DNA of 64,000 nt from Alphaproteobacteria bacterium (GCA_965232515.1 CBDDPY010000002.1:1216001-1280000); one strand, 5' to 3'; counted from the stretch's first letter, positions 1 through 11,020 are shown. Numbers and translations: made by a program. The notes: generated by a model not told the origin, from the sequence alone.

Positions 1-2
1 TC

Positions 3-811
3 GGCGGCCGGGTCCGTCTCGAGGGCCGCGATCTGATGGCGCTGGACGAGACCGAGATGCGCGACATCCGCGGCAACGAGATCTCGATGATCTTCCAGGA
101 ACCGATGACCTCGCTCAATCCCGTCATCAGTATCGGCGAGCAGGTCTGCGAGGCTTTGCGCCTGCACCAGGACCTGTCCAAGGCCGACGCCATGGACAAG
201 TCGGTGGAGATGCTGCGGCTGGTGAAAATCCCGGAGGCGGCGCAGCGGGTGAAGGAATACCCGCATCAGCTCTCGGGCGGCATGCGCCAGCGGGTGATGA
301 TCGCCATGGCGCTGGCGTGCAATCCGAAGGTGCTGATCGCGGACGAGCCGACGACGGCCCTCGACGTTACGATCCAGGCGCAGATCCTGGACCTAATCGT
401 CGACCTGCAGGAGCAGCTCGGCACGGCGGTGATCCTGATCACGCACGATCTCGGCGTCGTCGCCGAGACCACGCGGCGGGTCGTGGTCATGTATGCCGGC
501 CGCAAGGTCGAGGAAGCGGACGTGCAGTCGCTGTTCGACACGCCGCTGCATCCCTACACCAGCGGCCTGCTGGCCTCGATCCCGCGGCTCGGCGTCATGA
601 GCGGCGAGGCGGAAGAGGCGGCCGGCCGGCTGCTGGAGATCCCGGGCATCGTGCCGGCGCTGAACAATCTGCCGCCGGGCTGTACGTTCGCGCCGCGCTG
701 TCCGTTCGCGGACGATCGCTGCCGGGCCGAATATCCGGCTTACGAGGAGAAGGCGCCGGGGCACTGGGCGGCCTGCTGGCGCAGCCACGAAATCGAGCTG
801 GGGCCGGGCGC

Positions 812-815
<4 letters not shown>
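3..815 (+). CDS. Dipeptide/oligopeptide ABC transporter ATP-binding subunit (DppD/OppD-like), 5'-truncated by window
   Basis: [12 protein letters not shown]-loop, LSGGMRQR signature, [11 protein letters not shown] Walker B, C-terminal HPYT...GCxFAPRC domain; frame open from window start. Confidence 0.95.
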
Positions 816-1819
<1,004 letters not shown>

Positions 1820-1984
1820 GAAAGTCGACGGATCTGATGAGCAAGGGCCGGATTGACTCCGCTCGCCCGCGTGTGCGTCCATTGGGCCAGCGAGGTCCCG
1901 CCTTAACCAGTTGTTAACTGGAATCGACGAAGCCTCGGATCGACCTAGATGTAGGTGTCGGTGACGTTGCTTCCGAGGAAGTCG

Positions 1985-3274
1985 ATGCCAATGAACTCCA
2001 AGCTGGCCTGCATCGCCGGCGCGGCCATCTGCGCGCTGGGCACGGAGGCGGGCGCGCTGACATTAACGGCGGGCTCGGCCTGGCCGTCACCGACGATCGC
2101 GGTCTGCTGGGACGGACCGCGCAAAGCGCACAAGCAGGAACGCCGGATGGTCCGCAAGGCCATCGCCGCGACATGGGAGCGGGAAAGCGCCGTCCGGTTC
2201 ACCGGCTGGCGCGCCTGTCACGACGACTCGGCCGGCATTCGCATCGCCTTTGAAAACTCACACCCCCGAACCAACGGGCGGGGAACCGGGATCGACGGAC
2301 TGTCGAAAGGCGTGATCCTGCCACCGCTGTGGAGCGTGGCGGCGCTGTCGATCAACCTGAAGGCCACGGTGCACGAATTCGGCCACGCGCTCGGCTTCGG
2401 CCATGAGCATGCCCGCAGCGACGCGCCCGAGCCCAAGCGCTGCGGCGCCTTCGACGGCACCGGCAAGCGCCATATCGAGCCGGATGTGGCGATCACGCCG
2501 TTCGACGTGGACTCGATCATGGTCGCCTGCGTGTCGATGGCGACGGTTCGGTTTTCGCGCGGCACGCCGAGCCTGAGCGCGCTCGACATTTTCGGACTGA
2601 TCCGCACCTACGGCTCGAATCCGAAGAACGTTTTGGATCGGGACGAGACCGGCGACCGTTTCGGCGCCGCCTTGCTGGTGCGCGACATGGACGGCGACGG
2701 AGTCGCCGATCTGATGGTCGGCGCGCCGGGCGAAGACGGCGGCAGCGGCGCCGTCTATCTCTACAGGGGCGATCGCAAACGCGGCTTCCGGCCGCTGGCG
2801 CGATACACGCCGGCCGACTTCGGCATCGGCGACGCCGACGGCTACCGGTTCGGGTCGGCGATGACCTGGCGGACGGCGACCGGCGCCGCGCCGGCCCGGC
2901 TGATCGTACATGCCAACCATCCGACCGATGGGGCCGGCTTCCAACTGGCCGTCGCCGCCGGCAGCGCGCCTGACGTGGCGGGGCGGTCCGACATGCCGGT
3001 GCCGCCGCCACGTCCGAGGACCGCCGCCTTGATGCCGGATCTGGCCACGCCGCCGATGTTCGGTTTTCCCGACCTCTCCGGCCGCGGCGGGCGAGACCTG
3101 CGGGTGCAGTGGCACGACCTCGACGGCGACGGCATCGACGACGCCGTGATCGGGGCGCCGCACGCCGACGGCGCGGCGGAACGCTCCGGCGCCGTGGTGA
3201 TCCTGCGGGGTCAAACCGATACTGGGTCAAGTGCGAAGGCGGCAGCCTGGTACTGGTTCGGACAAGCTTACTAG
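1985..3274 (+). CDS. Secreted zinc metalloprotease (metzincin/M12-like) with C-terminal FG-GAP repeats
   Basis: Signal peptide; HEFGHALGFGHEH zinc motif; DSIM Met-turn; FGAAL..DMDGDGVADLMVGAP and DLDGDGIDDAVIGAP repeats; start 1985 or 1991. Confidence 0.8.
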   Translation: MPMNSKLACIAGAAICALGTEAGALTLTAGSAWPSPTIAVCWDGPRKAHKQERRMVRKAIAATWERESAVRFTGWRACHDDSAGIRIAFENSHPRTNGRGTGIDGLSKGVILPPLWSVAALSINLKATVHEFGHALGFGHEHARSDAPEPKRCGAFDGTGKRHIEPDVAITPFDVDSIMVACVSMATVRFSRGTPSLSALDIFGLIRTYGSNPKNVLDRDETGDRFGAALLVRDMDGDGVADLMVGAPGEDGGSGAVYLYRGDRKRGFRPLARYTPADFGIGDADGYRFGSAMTWRTATGAAPARLIVHANHPTDGAGFQLAVAAGSAPDVAGRSDMPVPPPRPRTAALMPDLATPPMFGFPDLSGRGGRDLRVQWHDLDGDGIDDAVIGAPHADGAAERSGAVVILRGQTDTGSSAKAAAWYWFGQAY

Positions 3275-3440
3275 CACTTACGCCTACTCGAACACGCACT
3301 CCATACCATCAGCCGGCCGTCCGCCTTTTCCTCGGGGTGACGTCGCAGCCGGCCGCGTGCTGTATCATGGTGGTTCAATGACGGTCTTTCGTTCGTGTAT
3401 GCCAGCGGGAAGGCAGCATCTGAGAGCGCTCGGGAACCCG

Positions 3441-3938
3441 ATGAAGATCTGGACATTGGCCACATGGCTGGTCGCATTGTGTGCCTCGGTCATCATCGCA
3501 ATGGCGGTGTTCACGGAGAAGACGTTCCATGTCGAAATCGTCATACCGGCGCCGCCAGCCGCCGTGTGGTCGGTACTGACGGATTCGACGGCCTACAAGG
3601 AATGGAACCCGGTCTTCGTCCGTGTCGAGGGCGAGTTCCGCGAGGGAGAAGAGGTTGAGAGCCTCGTTCGGGAACCCGACGGCGACGAGACCGCGATCAC
3701 CTCGACGATCGTCAGGCTGATCCCGGAAAGGGAGATAAACCAATATGGCGGGCTTCCCGGGTTCATTACCTTCGATCACAAATGGCTGCTGGAGCCGGTC
3801 GACGGCGGAACCAAGGTCATTCAGCACGAGGTCGATCGCGGCTTCTGGATCTGGTTCTGGGACTCAAGCTGGGTCGAGCCCGCCTACGCCAGCGCGAACG
3901 AGGCCTTGAGAGAACGTGTGCTCCAGCTTGCTGAATGA
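3441..3938 (+). CDS. SRPBCC/polyketide cyclase family protein
   Basis: IVIPAPPAAVWSVLTDSTAYKEWNP SRPBCC signature after an N-terminal hydrophobic segment. Confidence 0.8.
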   Translation: MKIWTLATWLVALCASVIIAMAVFTEKTFHVEIVIPAPPAAVWSVLTDSTAYKEWNPVFVRVEGEFREGEEVESLVREPDGDETAITSTIVRLIPEREINQYGGLPGFITFDHKWLLEPVDGGTKVIQHEVDRGFWIWFWDSSWVEPAYASANEALRERVLQLAE

Positions 3939-3982
3939 ACGCCGCTGACCGCCCAGTTCAGCTGCCCGCATTCAGTCGTCGC

Positions 3983-4474
3983 TCAATCGTCGTCGTCGTC
4001 CTTGCCGGGTTTGCGGACCACGAGGCCGATCCGGTAGACGTCGTCGATCTTGCCGACGAGGAAGACCGAGGTCGGCAGCTTGCCGGTGCTGTTGATCGGC
4101 GCCTCGTCATAGACGACGCGGACGCGGTTGGTCATCTTCATGTTGGGCACCAGCTTGCCCGTGGCGAGCGCGCCGTCGAGGCCGTTCTCGGGGAAGTCCT
4201 CGAAGGTGATCGAGAGGATCGGCCGGCCCAGGCCGCGGCGGATCTGAAAGGCGACGATCCGGCGTTTGATCTTGCCGGCGTCCTTCCAGTAGACGAGCTC
4301 TTCGAAACGACCGTAATCGCGATTTTCGATCGCTTCTTGGATGGTCGCCACGAGCGTGTCCGGGTCGCGCGGCAATTCCGCGGCGGCGGCGACCGGGGCC
4401 GCCAACGCGACGAAGAACAGGCCGGGGGCAACGAGCCCCCGGCCGAACAGTTTCGTCACAAGACGCGTAAACAA
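3983..4474 (-). CDS. Hypothetical exported protein, last gene of the PQQ cluster
   Basis: Signal-peptide-like N-terminus (...APVAAAA/E), starts 5 bp after PQQ gene stop, C-terminal KDDDDD. Confidence 0.7.
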   Translation of the reverse strand: MFTRLVTKLFGRGLVAPGLFFVALAAPVAAAAELPRDPDTLVATIQEAIENRDYGRFEELVYWKDAGKIKRRIVAFQIRRGLGRPILSITFEDFPENGLDGALATGKLVPNMKMTNRVRVVYDEAPINSTGKLPTSVFLVGKIDDVYRIGLVVRKPGKDDDDD

Positions 4475-4479
4475 GACGT

Positions 4480-6234
4480 CTATTCCTTCAACGCGAAGAC
4501 CCAGATGACGCCGCCCTGGGGCACGTCAGGAATGCGGCCGGCCGGCAGCATGTCCTTCAGGAGCCCCTGCATCCGCTCGGCGTCGACGCCCCAACCGGAC
4601 TGCACGGCGATGTACTGCACGCCGTCGACCTCGTAGGAGGCCGGCACCGCGGTTACGCCCGAGTTGGTCGGGAATTCCCACAGCATCTCGCCGTTGGTCG
4701 CGTTGAACGCGCGGAACATGCGATCGTTGGTGCCGCCGGTGAAGATCAGGTTGCCGCCGGTCGACAGCAACGGACCCCAGTAGGGCGTGTCGTTGAAGGC
4801 GTGCTCCCAGACCATCTCGCCCTTGTCGAGGTCCCAGGCCTGCAGCTTGCCGATCGGCACGGGCTTCGACACATCCACGCTCTCATGGAAGCGCAGCGAC
4901 GACAGGATCACGTCGATCGGCACGCCGATATAGAGCTCGCCGGGCTCCCGCTCACCGATGGGTGCGCCGCCGAATTCCGAGCACAGGTTCTCGTGCGCCG
5001 GAATGTAGAACAGCTTGGTGTCGGGGTTGTACGCCTCCGGCGGCCAGTCCTTGCCGCCCCACAGGCTGGGGCAGAAGAATGCCGACTTGTTCGTGCCCGG
5101 CGTGCGCGCTTCGACATAGGTCGGCCGTCCGGTCTCCGGATCGATCGACTCGAAGGCGTTCTGGATCACGTACTTGTCGGCGGCGATGAAGTTGATCGGA
5201 CCTTCCGGCGTCCGCTCCATCGACCAGATAAAGCCGTTGCGGCCGGCATGCACCAGGCCCTTCACCTTCTGGCCGTCACGCTCGAAGTCGATCAGCAACG
5301 GCGCGGAGACTTCGTCCCAGTCCCAGGCATCGTTCCAGTGATACTGGTGATGGCCCTTGATCTCGCCGCTGTCGATGTCGAGCGCGATCACCGACGTGGT
5401 GTAGAGGTTGTCGCCGGGACGCGTGTCGGGCATCCACGGACCGCCGTTGCCGGTGCCGAAATAGGCCAGGCCGGCTTCGGCGTCGTAGTTGCCCTGCATC
5501 CAGACGGAACCGCCGCCGGTCTTCCAGCTGTCGCCCTTCCAAGTGTCGTGGCCGGGCTCGCCCGGTCCCGGAATGGTGTAGGTCTTCCAGGCCTCGGCGC
5601 CGGTCTCGGCATCGAGCGCGACGACATAGCCGCGGATGCCGTATTCGCCGCCGGAGACACCGGTGACGACCTTGCCGCGGGCGACGAGCAGCGACAGCGT
5701 CGAATAGTAGCCGTCGGTGTAGTCGCCGATGAGGACGTCCCAGACGACCTCGCCGGTCTTGGCGTCGAGCGCGACCACGCCCGCGTCAACCGTGGCCATA
5801 TAGACCTTGTCGCCGTAAAGGGCGGCGCCGCGATTGGTCGGGTGCAGCTGGAACAGATCCTCCGGCAGCTCACGGACGTAACGCCAGATCTCGGTGCCGG
5901 TCTTGGCGTCGAGCGCAATCACCTGGTTCTGCGGCGTCGACACGAACATCATGCCGTCGTTGACCATCGGCGGCGACTGGTGACCTTCGGTAACCCCGGT
6001 CGAGTAGCTCCAGACCGGGACCAGGTTCTTGACGTTATCGGCCGTGATCTGGTTCAGCGGGCTGTGACCCCAACCCTCGTAGTTGCCGCGCCACTGCAGC
6101 CAGTTTTCCGGCTCCGGATTGGTCAGACGTGCGTCCGTCACCGCGTTGTAGTCGGCGGCATTCGCGAGCCCAACGCCGCCGACGCCCAGCGCCAGGAGCG
6201 TTGCACATAGTGATCTCGTACAGCGTGATCTCAT
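4480..6234 (-). CDS. PQQ-dependent dehydrogenase, methanol/ethanol family, atypical
   Basis: Signal peptide; AVTDARL, Trp-docking repeats ALDAKTGxxxW, GGEYGIRG, YFGTGNGGPW, RPGDNLYT, WDWDEV, CPSLWGGKDW; GGAGG RBS. Confidence 0.93.
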   Translation of the reverse strand: MRSRCTRSLCATLLALGVGGVGLANAADYNAVTDARLTNPEPENWLQWRGNYEGWGHSPLNQITADNVKNLVPVWSYSTGVTEGHQSPPMVNDGMMFVSTPQNQVIALDAKTGTEIWRYVRELPEDLFQLHPTNRGAALYGDKVYMATVDAGVVALDAKTGEVVWDVLIGDYTDGYYSTLSLLVARGKVVTGVSGGEYGIRGYVVALDAETGAEAWKTYTIPGPGEPGHDTWKGDSWKTGGGSVWMQGNYDAEAGLAYFGTGNGGPWMPDTRPGDNLYTTSVIALDIDSGEIKGHHQYHWNDAWDWDEVSAPLLIDFERDGQKVKGLVHAGRNGFIWSMERTPEGPINFIAADKYVIQNAFESIDPETGRPTYVEARTPGTNKSAFFCPSLWGGKDWPPEAYNPDTKLFYIPAHENLCSEFGGAPIGEREPGELYIGVPIDVILSSLRFHESVDVSKPVPIGKLQAWDLDKGEMVWEHAFNDTPYWGPLLSTGGNLIFTGGTNDRMFRAFNATNGEMLWEFPTNSGVTAVPASYEVDGVQYIAVQSGWGVDAERMQGLLKDMLPAGRIPDVPQGGVIWVFALKE

Positions 6235-6298
6235 TCCATCCCTCCTTCTGCCGACCTTCACCGACCGCGTTGTTGCGGCCGGCGGCACCCCAAGGCCG

Positions 6299-6925
6299 TT
6301 ATTTTTTCGCGCCGCCGGGCTTCCGGGTGAAGCCCTTAAGAGCGACGACGAAACCCTCATCGTCCAGACCGACGGGCACCATCGGTAACTGCCGCCGTGC
6401 CGGACCGCTCATCACGGTGCCCTCGGACAGGGCGTCGAATTCGGACAAATGGCAGTGGCAGCGTAAGTGCCGTTCCTCGGCTTTCCAGGATTTGATCGTG
6501 CAGCTTCGATGCGTGCAGAGCGCCGAATAGATCAACACGCCATCGACGCTGCGCTCGCGCGTCGGCTCGTCCATCTCGTTCGTGTCGAGCCGCAGCATCA
6601 GCACGCGGTTCAGCCGGTTGCGGCGGCGGATGACGCCGACCTCGGGATCGAACGGAAAGCCCTCGATGGGCCTCGCGCCGACCTCGAGCAGCTCCGGCCT
6701 CAAGAACTCGTTCTTCAGACTGCCCTTGATGATCTGAAAGCGATCGCCCGGCTGTGTCGGGCTCTTCTCCGGCTTGGTCGCGGCATCGGCGTCATCCAGG
6801 CCGAGTCCGACCCCAGCGGCGACGACCGCGCCACCGATCAAAAGATCCCGGCGGACAATTTCGACAGGGCCGGACGACTGTTTCCGACCCTTGGGACGCT
6901 CTACAGGCGTGTCACGATCATTCAA
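6299..6925 (-). CDS. Tat-exported Rieske [2Fe-2S] protein
   Basis: RRDLLIGG twin-arginine plus hydrophobic helix; CTHRSC...CHCHLS Rieske boxes; TTG start with GGAGGAGG RBS. Confidence 0.88.
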   Translation of the reverse strand: MNDRDTPVERPKGRKQSSGPVEIVRRDLLIGGAVVAAGVGLGLDDADAATKPEKSPTQPGDRFQIIKGSLKNEFLRPELLEVGARPIEGFPFDPEVGVIRRRNRLNRVLMLRLDTNEMDEPTRERSVDGVLIYSALCTHRSCTIKSWKAEERHLRCHCHLSEFDALSEGTVMSGPARRQLPMVPVGLDDEGFVVALKGFTRKPGGAKK

Positions 6926-7102
6926 ACGACTGTTGCCTCCTCCCGACCCGCGCGCCTTTTCGGCGTCGCGGTTATGTGTCTTATTTTTCGACGGGGCGCT
7001 TCCCTAACCCCCGTCGAGATGACGCAACTTGAGAAAACGGTAACGGAAACGTTAATGCGCGCCAAACAAAAACTTGCCGGCGCGCGCCCCGCGCAATGGC
7101 GA

Positions 7103-8428
7103 TCAGGCGCCGCGGCGGCCGGCCGGACGCGACGCGTCGCCGATATCGAGCTCGGTGCGCGGCCCGAGCAGCCATGTCAGCCAACCGACAATGCGTGCGC
7201 CAAGGCCGCGCAACCGCTGCCGGCGGGAGTGTCGCGTCAACGCCTTGACCAGGCGGACGTGGTCGACCGGCGACGTTCCTTCGGCAAAGACGGCCCGCAC
7301 CACATGCCCGTAGTCGTCGGGCGCCGGCATGTCCGTCAATGACAAGCCGGAGGCGTCGGCCCAGCGGCGCACCGCGGCGTAGATTTCGCGCGTCGCGTCG
7401 GCCCGCGCGCAGTCGCGGGCCAGCCGCCGGTCCGCCGGCGTCGGCAGCGCCAGCCAAAACGCTACGGCCCCCAGAACCGAGAAGGGAAACAGCACCAAGC
7501 CCAGCAGCGAGGCGGCCACCAGACCGTCGCGTTCATGCCGGTCCCGGGCGTCGTTCAACAACCGTTCAGCCACGGCCGCCCGGTCGACGGGCAGAGGCTC
7601 GATGCGCTTGCCCGATACCGCGACTTTCTTTCGCACGCGTTCGCGCGGATCCCAGTAGGCCAGGTTGACCGGGCTGATATAGGCGACGCCGTTCGTCTCG
7701 ATCTTCAGGTCCCAGGCCTGCGTGACGGTGGCGATGACGCCGTCGCGCGTCACCTCGGTCGTGGACGTCACGCCGACGTCCGCGACGGTGACACCGCGGG
7801 TCCGGCCATGCTCGATCGCCGGCATGCGCTCGGCGGTGACGGCAAAGGCCTTCACGGTGACCTCGCGCCGGACAATGTCGTGCACGCGCAGTTCTTCGAG
7901 CGGCTTCGACCAGGTCTCGCTGATCTCGATCCGATCGCTGACCAGCCACCAGGAATCGGCGTAGCTGTCGTCGATACCCAAAACGTCCAGGCGGAGGTCG
8001 GCGCTGCGGTCGGCAAACGGACGCTCATCGCCGGACCGGGGCGACACGGCGCCGCGCACTTCGACGCCCGGGATCTCGAGCGGACCGCTCTGGTTCGGAA
8101 AGATCGCCAGCGCGGTTTCGAAGACATAGCCATCGCCGGCATAGGAGCGCACGCGTTCGGTGCGCGGCCGCTGCAGGCGGATCACTTGCGCGTTGGGGAT
8201 CTCGGGCAGGGTGAGATCGAGCTCCTCGAACGGATAGCGCGAGGCGACCTGCACGCCCAGGACCAGCTGACCGTGCAGGTAGACGCCATCGACCACGGCG
8301 TCGGCCGGCCTCAGGGTCACGGTGAGCTGGGGAACCTCGGGCATGGTGAGCGCGCGTTCATTGTCCTGAGCCGCGGCCAGCGTCGGCGGCAGCGCGATCA
8401 GCAACGACATCAGCAGCCGGCGCATCAT
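7103..8428 (-). CDS. BatD-like exported/membrane-anchored protein
   Basis: Signal peptide, beta-rich body with FPNQSGPLEIP and YWDP motifs, C-terminal TM helix; terminal position of MoxR operon. Confidence 0.72.
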   Translation of the reverse strand: MMRRLLMSLLIALPPTLAAAQDNERALTMPEVPQLTVTLRPADAVVDGVYLHGQLVLGVQVASRYPFEELDLTLPEIPNAQVIRLQRPRTERVRSYAGDGYVFETALAIFPNQSGPLEIPGVEVRGAVSPRSGDERPFADRSADLRLDVLGIDDSYADSWWLVSDRIEISETWSKPLEELRVHDIVRREVTVKAFAVTAERMPAIEHGRTRGVTVADVGVTSTTEVTRDGVIATVTQAWDLKIETNGVAYISPVNLAYWDPRERVRKKVAVSGKRIEPLPVDRAAVAERLLNDARDRHERDGLVAASLLGLVLFPFSVLGAVAFWLALPTPADRRLARDCARADATREIYAAVRRWADASGLSLTDMPAPDDYGHVVRAVFAEGTSPVDHVRLVKALTRHSRRQRLRGLGARIVGWLTWLLGPRTELDIGDASRPAGRRGA

Positions 8429-9231
8429 TCCGTCCGGCTCGCCAGCAGGCGCTTGTAGGCGGCATAGAGGCGGGCCGCCAGGACCCGCGCCGGGTCGTCC
8501 TTGATTTCCCGCAGCAGGATCTCGGCGGCCTGCGCGCTCTCGCGCCGGACGGCGGCCGACTGCCCGCCGGACAGGCCCTCGACCTCGCGCGCCTCGGCGA
8601 CGGCACCTTGCGCCGGGCTGCCCTGCGGATCGTCTGACATGCGCTGTTCGCCCGGCTGCCCGGGCCGGTCGCTGCGCCCGCCTTCGCTGGTCGCCTGGTT
8701 CGCCTGTCGGGTCTGACCGTCCTGGGCCTTGCCCTGCTCGATCTCTTCGCTGTCGCCGGTTGACGGGTCCGGACGTTCGCGGTCGCCATCCCGCCAGCTT
8801 CCGAGCCTTCGTTCGGACCGGCTTTCGGCGAGCATCTGCTGCTCAAGGCTCTCGGCGCGCAGCACCAGATCGAGATTGAACTGCGCATCCTGGTGCGCGG
8901 GATCGAGCTGCAAGGCCTTGCGGTAGGCGGCTTTGGCGCCGTCCCATTCCTGCAGCCGGGCATAGGCATTGCCGGTGTTGTAGAGGGCCAGCACGCTCTC
9001 CTGCAAAAAGAACTCGCCGACCGCGCGCCGGTAGCGGCCGGCGCGATATTCGGCGACGCCCCGCCAGTGCGCGTCTTCGAACAGATGCACCGCCTCGTGC
9101 GGCCGGCCGTTCTGCAGCAGATCCATGGCGACGTCGAACGCCTCAGGCGGCCGATCCAGCCGCGGCAGCAAAACCGCAATCGCGGTGGCGAGCGCCAGCA
9201 GGACGGACAGAACGGCGAGCCGCACGATCAT
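8425..9231 (-). CDS. TPR protein (BatC/MxaK-like)
   Basis: WRGVAEYRAG, YNTGNAYARL, AYRKALQLDPAHQDAQFNL TPR; low-complexity linker; I-D-DP C-terminal motif; ATGA coupling. Confidence 0.8.
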   Translation of the reverse strand: MIVRLAVLSVLLALATAIAVLLPRLDRPPEAFDVAMDLLQNGRPHEAVHLFEDAHWRGVAEYRAGRYRRAVGEFFLQESVLALYNTGNAYARLQEWDGAKAAYRKALQLDPAHQDAQFNLDLVLRAESLEQQMLAESRSERRLGSWRDGDRERPDPSTGDSEEIEQGKAQDGQTRQANQATSEGGRSDRPGQPGEQRMSDDPQGSPAQGAVAEAREVEGLSGGQSAAVRRESAQAAEILLREIKDDPARVLAARLYAAYKRLLASRTE

Positions 9232-10088
9232 CGCGCCACCCGCCGGCGAAACAGGCCGAGCCACAACAGCATGGCGAGACCGATCAGCCATGGCGTGAGA
9301 TCGAGCCGCTGATCTTTCGTGCGCGTCCGTTTCAGCTCGTCGACCGCGTCGTTAAGCTCCGCGACGATCCGCGGCACGTCGGACAGACCGTCGAGGCTGG
9401 CGCCGCTGGCCGCGGCGTATTCCGTCCAGGCCGCCAGGCGATTGCCCGGCACCACGATGTCGCGCAGCGCCTGCATCGCCGGCGCGATCGGGCTGTTGCG
9501 CGGTGGCTCACCGCCGCTGACCAGGACGACCTGTCCGGCGACGATGCCGGCCGCCGTCAACACGGACTGCGCATGCGCCAATCCGAGGTTGAGCGCGCGG
9601 CCTGTCCGCGGCATCAGCTCCGGCTCGACGACCTGCAGGTAACGCAACAGATAGGCATGGTCGGTGGTCAGCGGGACAACATCGAATGCATCGGCGGCGA
9701 CGGCGACCAGCGCCGTCGGCACCTCGGGCGACTCCTCGATCAGTCGCTGCACGAACAGGCGTTCGTCCGTGACGTTGGCGGCGCCACTCAGATCCAGAAC
9801 GACGACGCGGCCGGTAAGGTTGCCGTAATCCGGCGCCTGCGCCGAATCCAGGGCCGGCCGCGCCAGGGCGACGACGAGAACCACCAGCACCGCGAGGCAG
9901 AGCGTCAGCTGCGGATTTCGTCCCTCGGCAATGCCCCGGCCGAGATAGGCGCGCAGCCGCGGCTCGACCACGCGCCGCCAATGGCCGGGCAGGGCGGCGA
10001 CCGCGACATCGCCGCGATGCCAGATCAGCACGCCGGCCGCAGTCAGCGGCAGCAGCAGCAACAGGGCGATCGGCAGTCCGAAGCTCAT
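9228..10088 (-). CDS. VWA domain protein (BatB/MxaL-like), degenerate MIDAS
   Basis: VALARP, VVLDLSG, VVPLTTD, PELMP..G motifs; N- and C-terminal TM segments. Confidence 0.8.
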   Translation of the reverse strand: MSFGLPIALLLLLPLTAAGVLIWHRGDVAVAALPGHWRRVVEPRLRAYLGRGIAEGRNPQLTLCLAVLVVLVVALARPALDSAQAPDYGNLTGRVVVLDLSGAANVTDERLFVQRLIEESPEVPTALVAVAADAFDVVPLTTDHAYLLRYLQVVEPELMPRTGRALNLGLAHAQSVLTAAGIVAGQVVLVSGGEPPRNSPIAPAMQALRDIVVPGNRLAAWTEYAAASGASLDGLSDVPRIVAELNDAVDELKRTRTKDQRLDLTPWLIGLAMLLWLGLFRRRVAR

Positions 10089-11020
10089 GCGCCCACCTCC
10101 CGCCAGCCGACGAGGAGCAGCATGCCGAGCGCCAGCGTCAACGGCGCCCAGGTCCAATCGTCGATCAGGTGTGGCTGGTCGGCATCGACGGCCGTCGGCG
10201 CGATGCGGTCAATCTCGGCATAGACCTGCCCGAGCGTCTCTGGCGAGGTCGCGGCAAAATAGCGGCCGCCCGTGCGCTCGGCGACGTCGCGCATCGCGGC
10301 CGCGTTCTCCGCGTCGATGACGCCGGCAAAGCCGACGACGTGAACGCGGATATCGGTTTCGGCCGCCAGCGCCGCGGCGTCGAGCGCCGACAACGCACCG
10401 GTATTGGTTTCACCGTCGGACAGCACGACCAGCAGGCGGTCGGCGGGCGGCTCCTTGCGCAGGACCTGAACGGCCAGGCCGATAGCGCGGCCGAGATCGG
10501 TCTTGCGGCCGGGCAGGCCAATGGCGACCTCGTTCAACATACGGGCGACGGCACGGGTATCGAAGGTCAGCGGCGCAATCATGTAGGCGTCGCTGGCGAA
10601 GGTAATCAGACCCACACGGTCGCCGGTGCGGTCCTTGACGAAGGCGCCGAGCAGGTCGCGGACCACGTCGATGCGCTCGACCTTGTCGGCGCCGCGACGC
10701 ATGTCCGTGTTGGCCATGCTGGCCGACAGATCGACGGCGACGAGCAGATCGCGGCCCGTCGGCGACAGCAGCACATCACCGCGTATGTGCGGGCCGGCCA
10801 ATGCGACAACCAGGGCCAGCCAGCCGACGATGCGCGGGACGAGGCCGCGCGGCAGCGACACAAACGCACCGCCGCCGGTTCGGGAGACCGCCATCAGCCA
10901 ATGGCCGACGCCGGCCGGCACCCGCACCGCGGCCCGGGCCGGCAGCATCGGCAGCAGATACCAGGCAAGCAGCGGCAACGGCAGCAGGAGAAAGGCCCAG
11001 ATCCGCGCGAACTCGATCAT
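10085..11020 (-). CDS. VWA domain protein (BatA/MxaC-like)
   Basis: MIEFARIWAFLLLPLP N-terminus, DLSASM MIDAS, GDRVGLITF, APLTFD, LSDGETN, TGGRYF. Confidence 0.9.
   Translation of the reverse strand: MIEFARIWAFLLLPLPLLAWYLLPMLPARAAVRVPAGVGHWLMAVSRTGGGAFVSLPRGLVPRIVGWLALVVALAGPHIRGDVLLSPTGRDLLVAVDLSASMANTDMRRGADKVERIDVVRDLLGAFVKDRTGDRVGLITFASDAYMIAPLTFDTRAVARMLNEVAIGLPGRKTDLGRAIGLAVQVLRKEPPADRLLVVLSDGETNTGALSALDAAALAAETDIRVHVVGFAGVIDAENAAAMRDVAERTGGRYFAATSPETLGQVYAEIDRIAPTAVDADQPHLIDDWTWAPLTLALGMLLLVGWREVGA

Noticed and set aside
317-811. N-terminal extension of the second ABC ATPase
   Set aside because: Overlaps the upstream ATPase in another frame; ATGA-coupled start at 812 is better
4480-6234. 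Calling the PQQ enzyme xoxF/mxaF
   Set aside because: It lacks the CC disulfide and linked cytochrome/xoxJ genes; sequence is too divergent to assign
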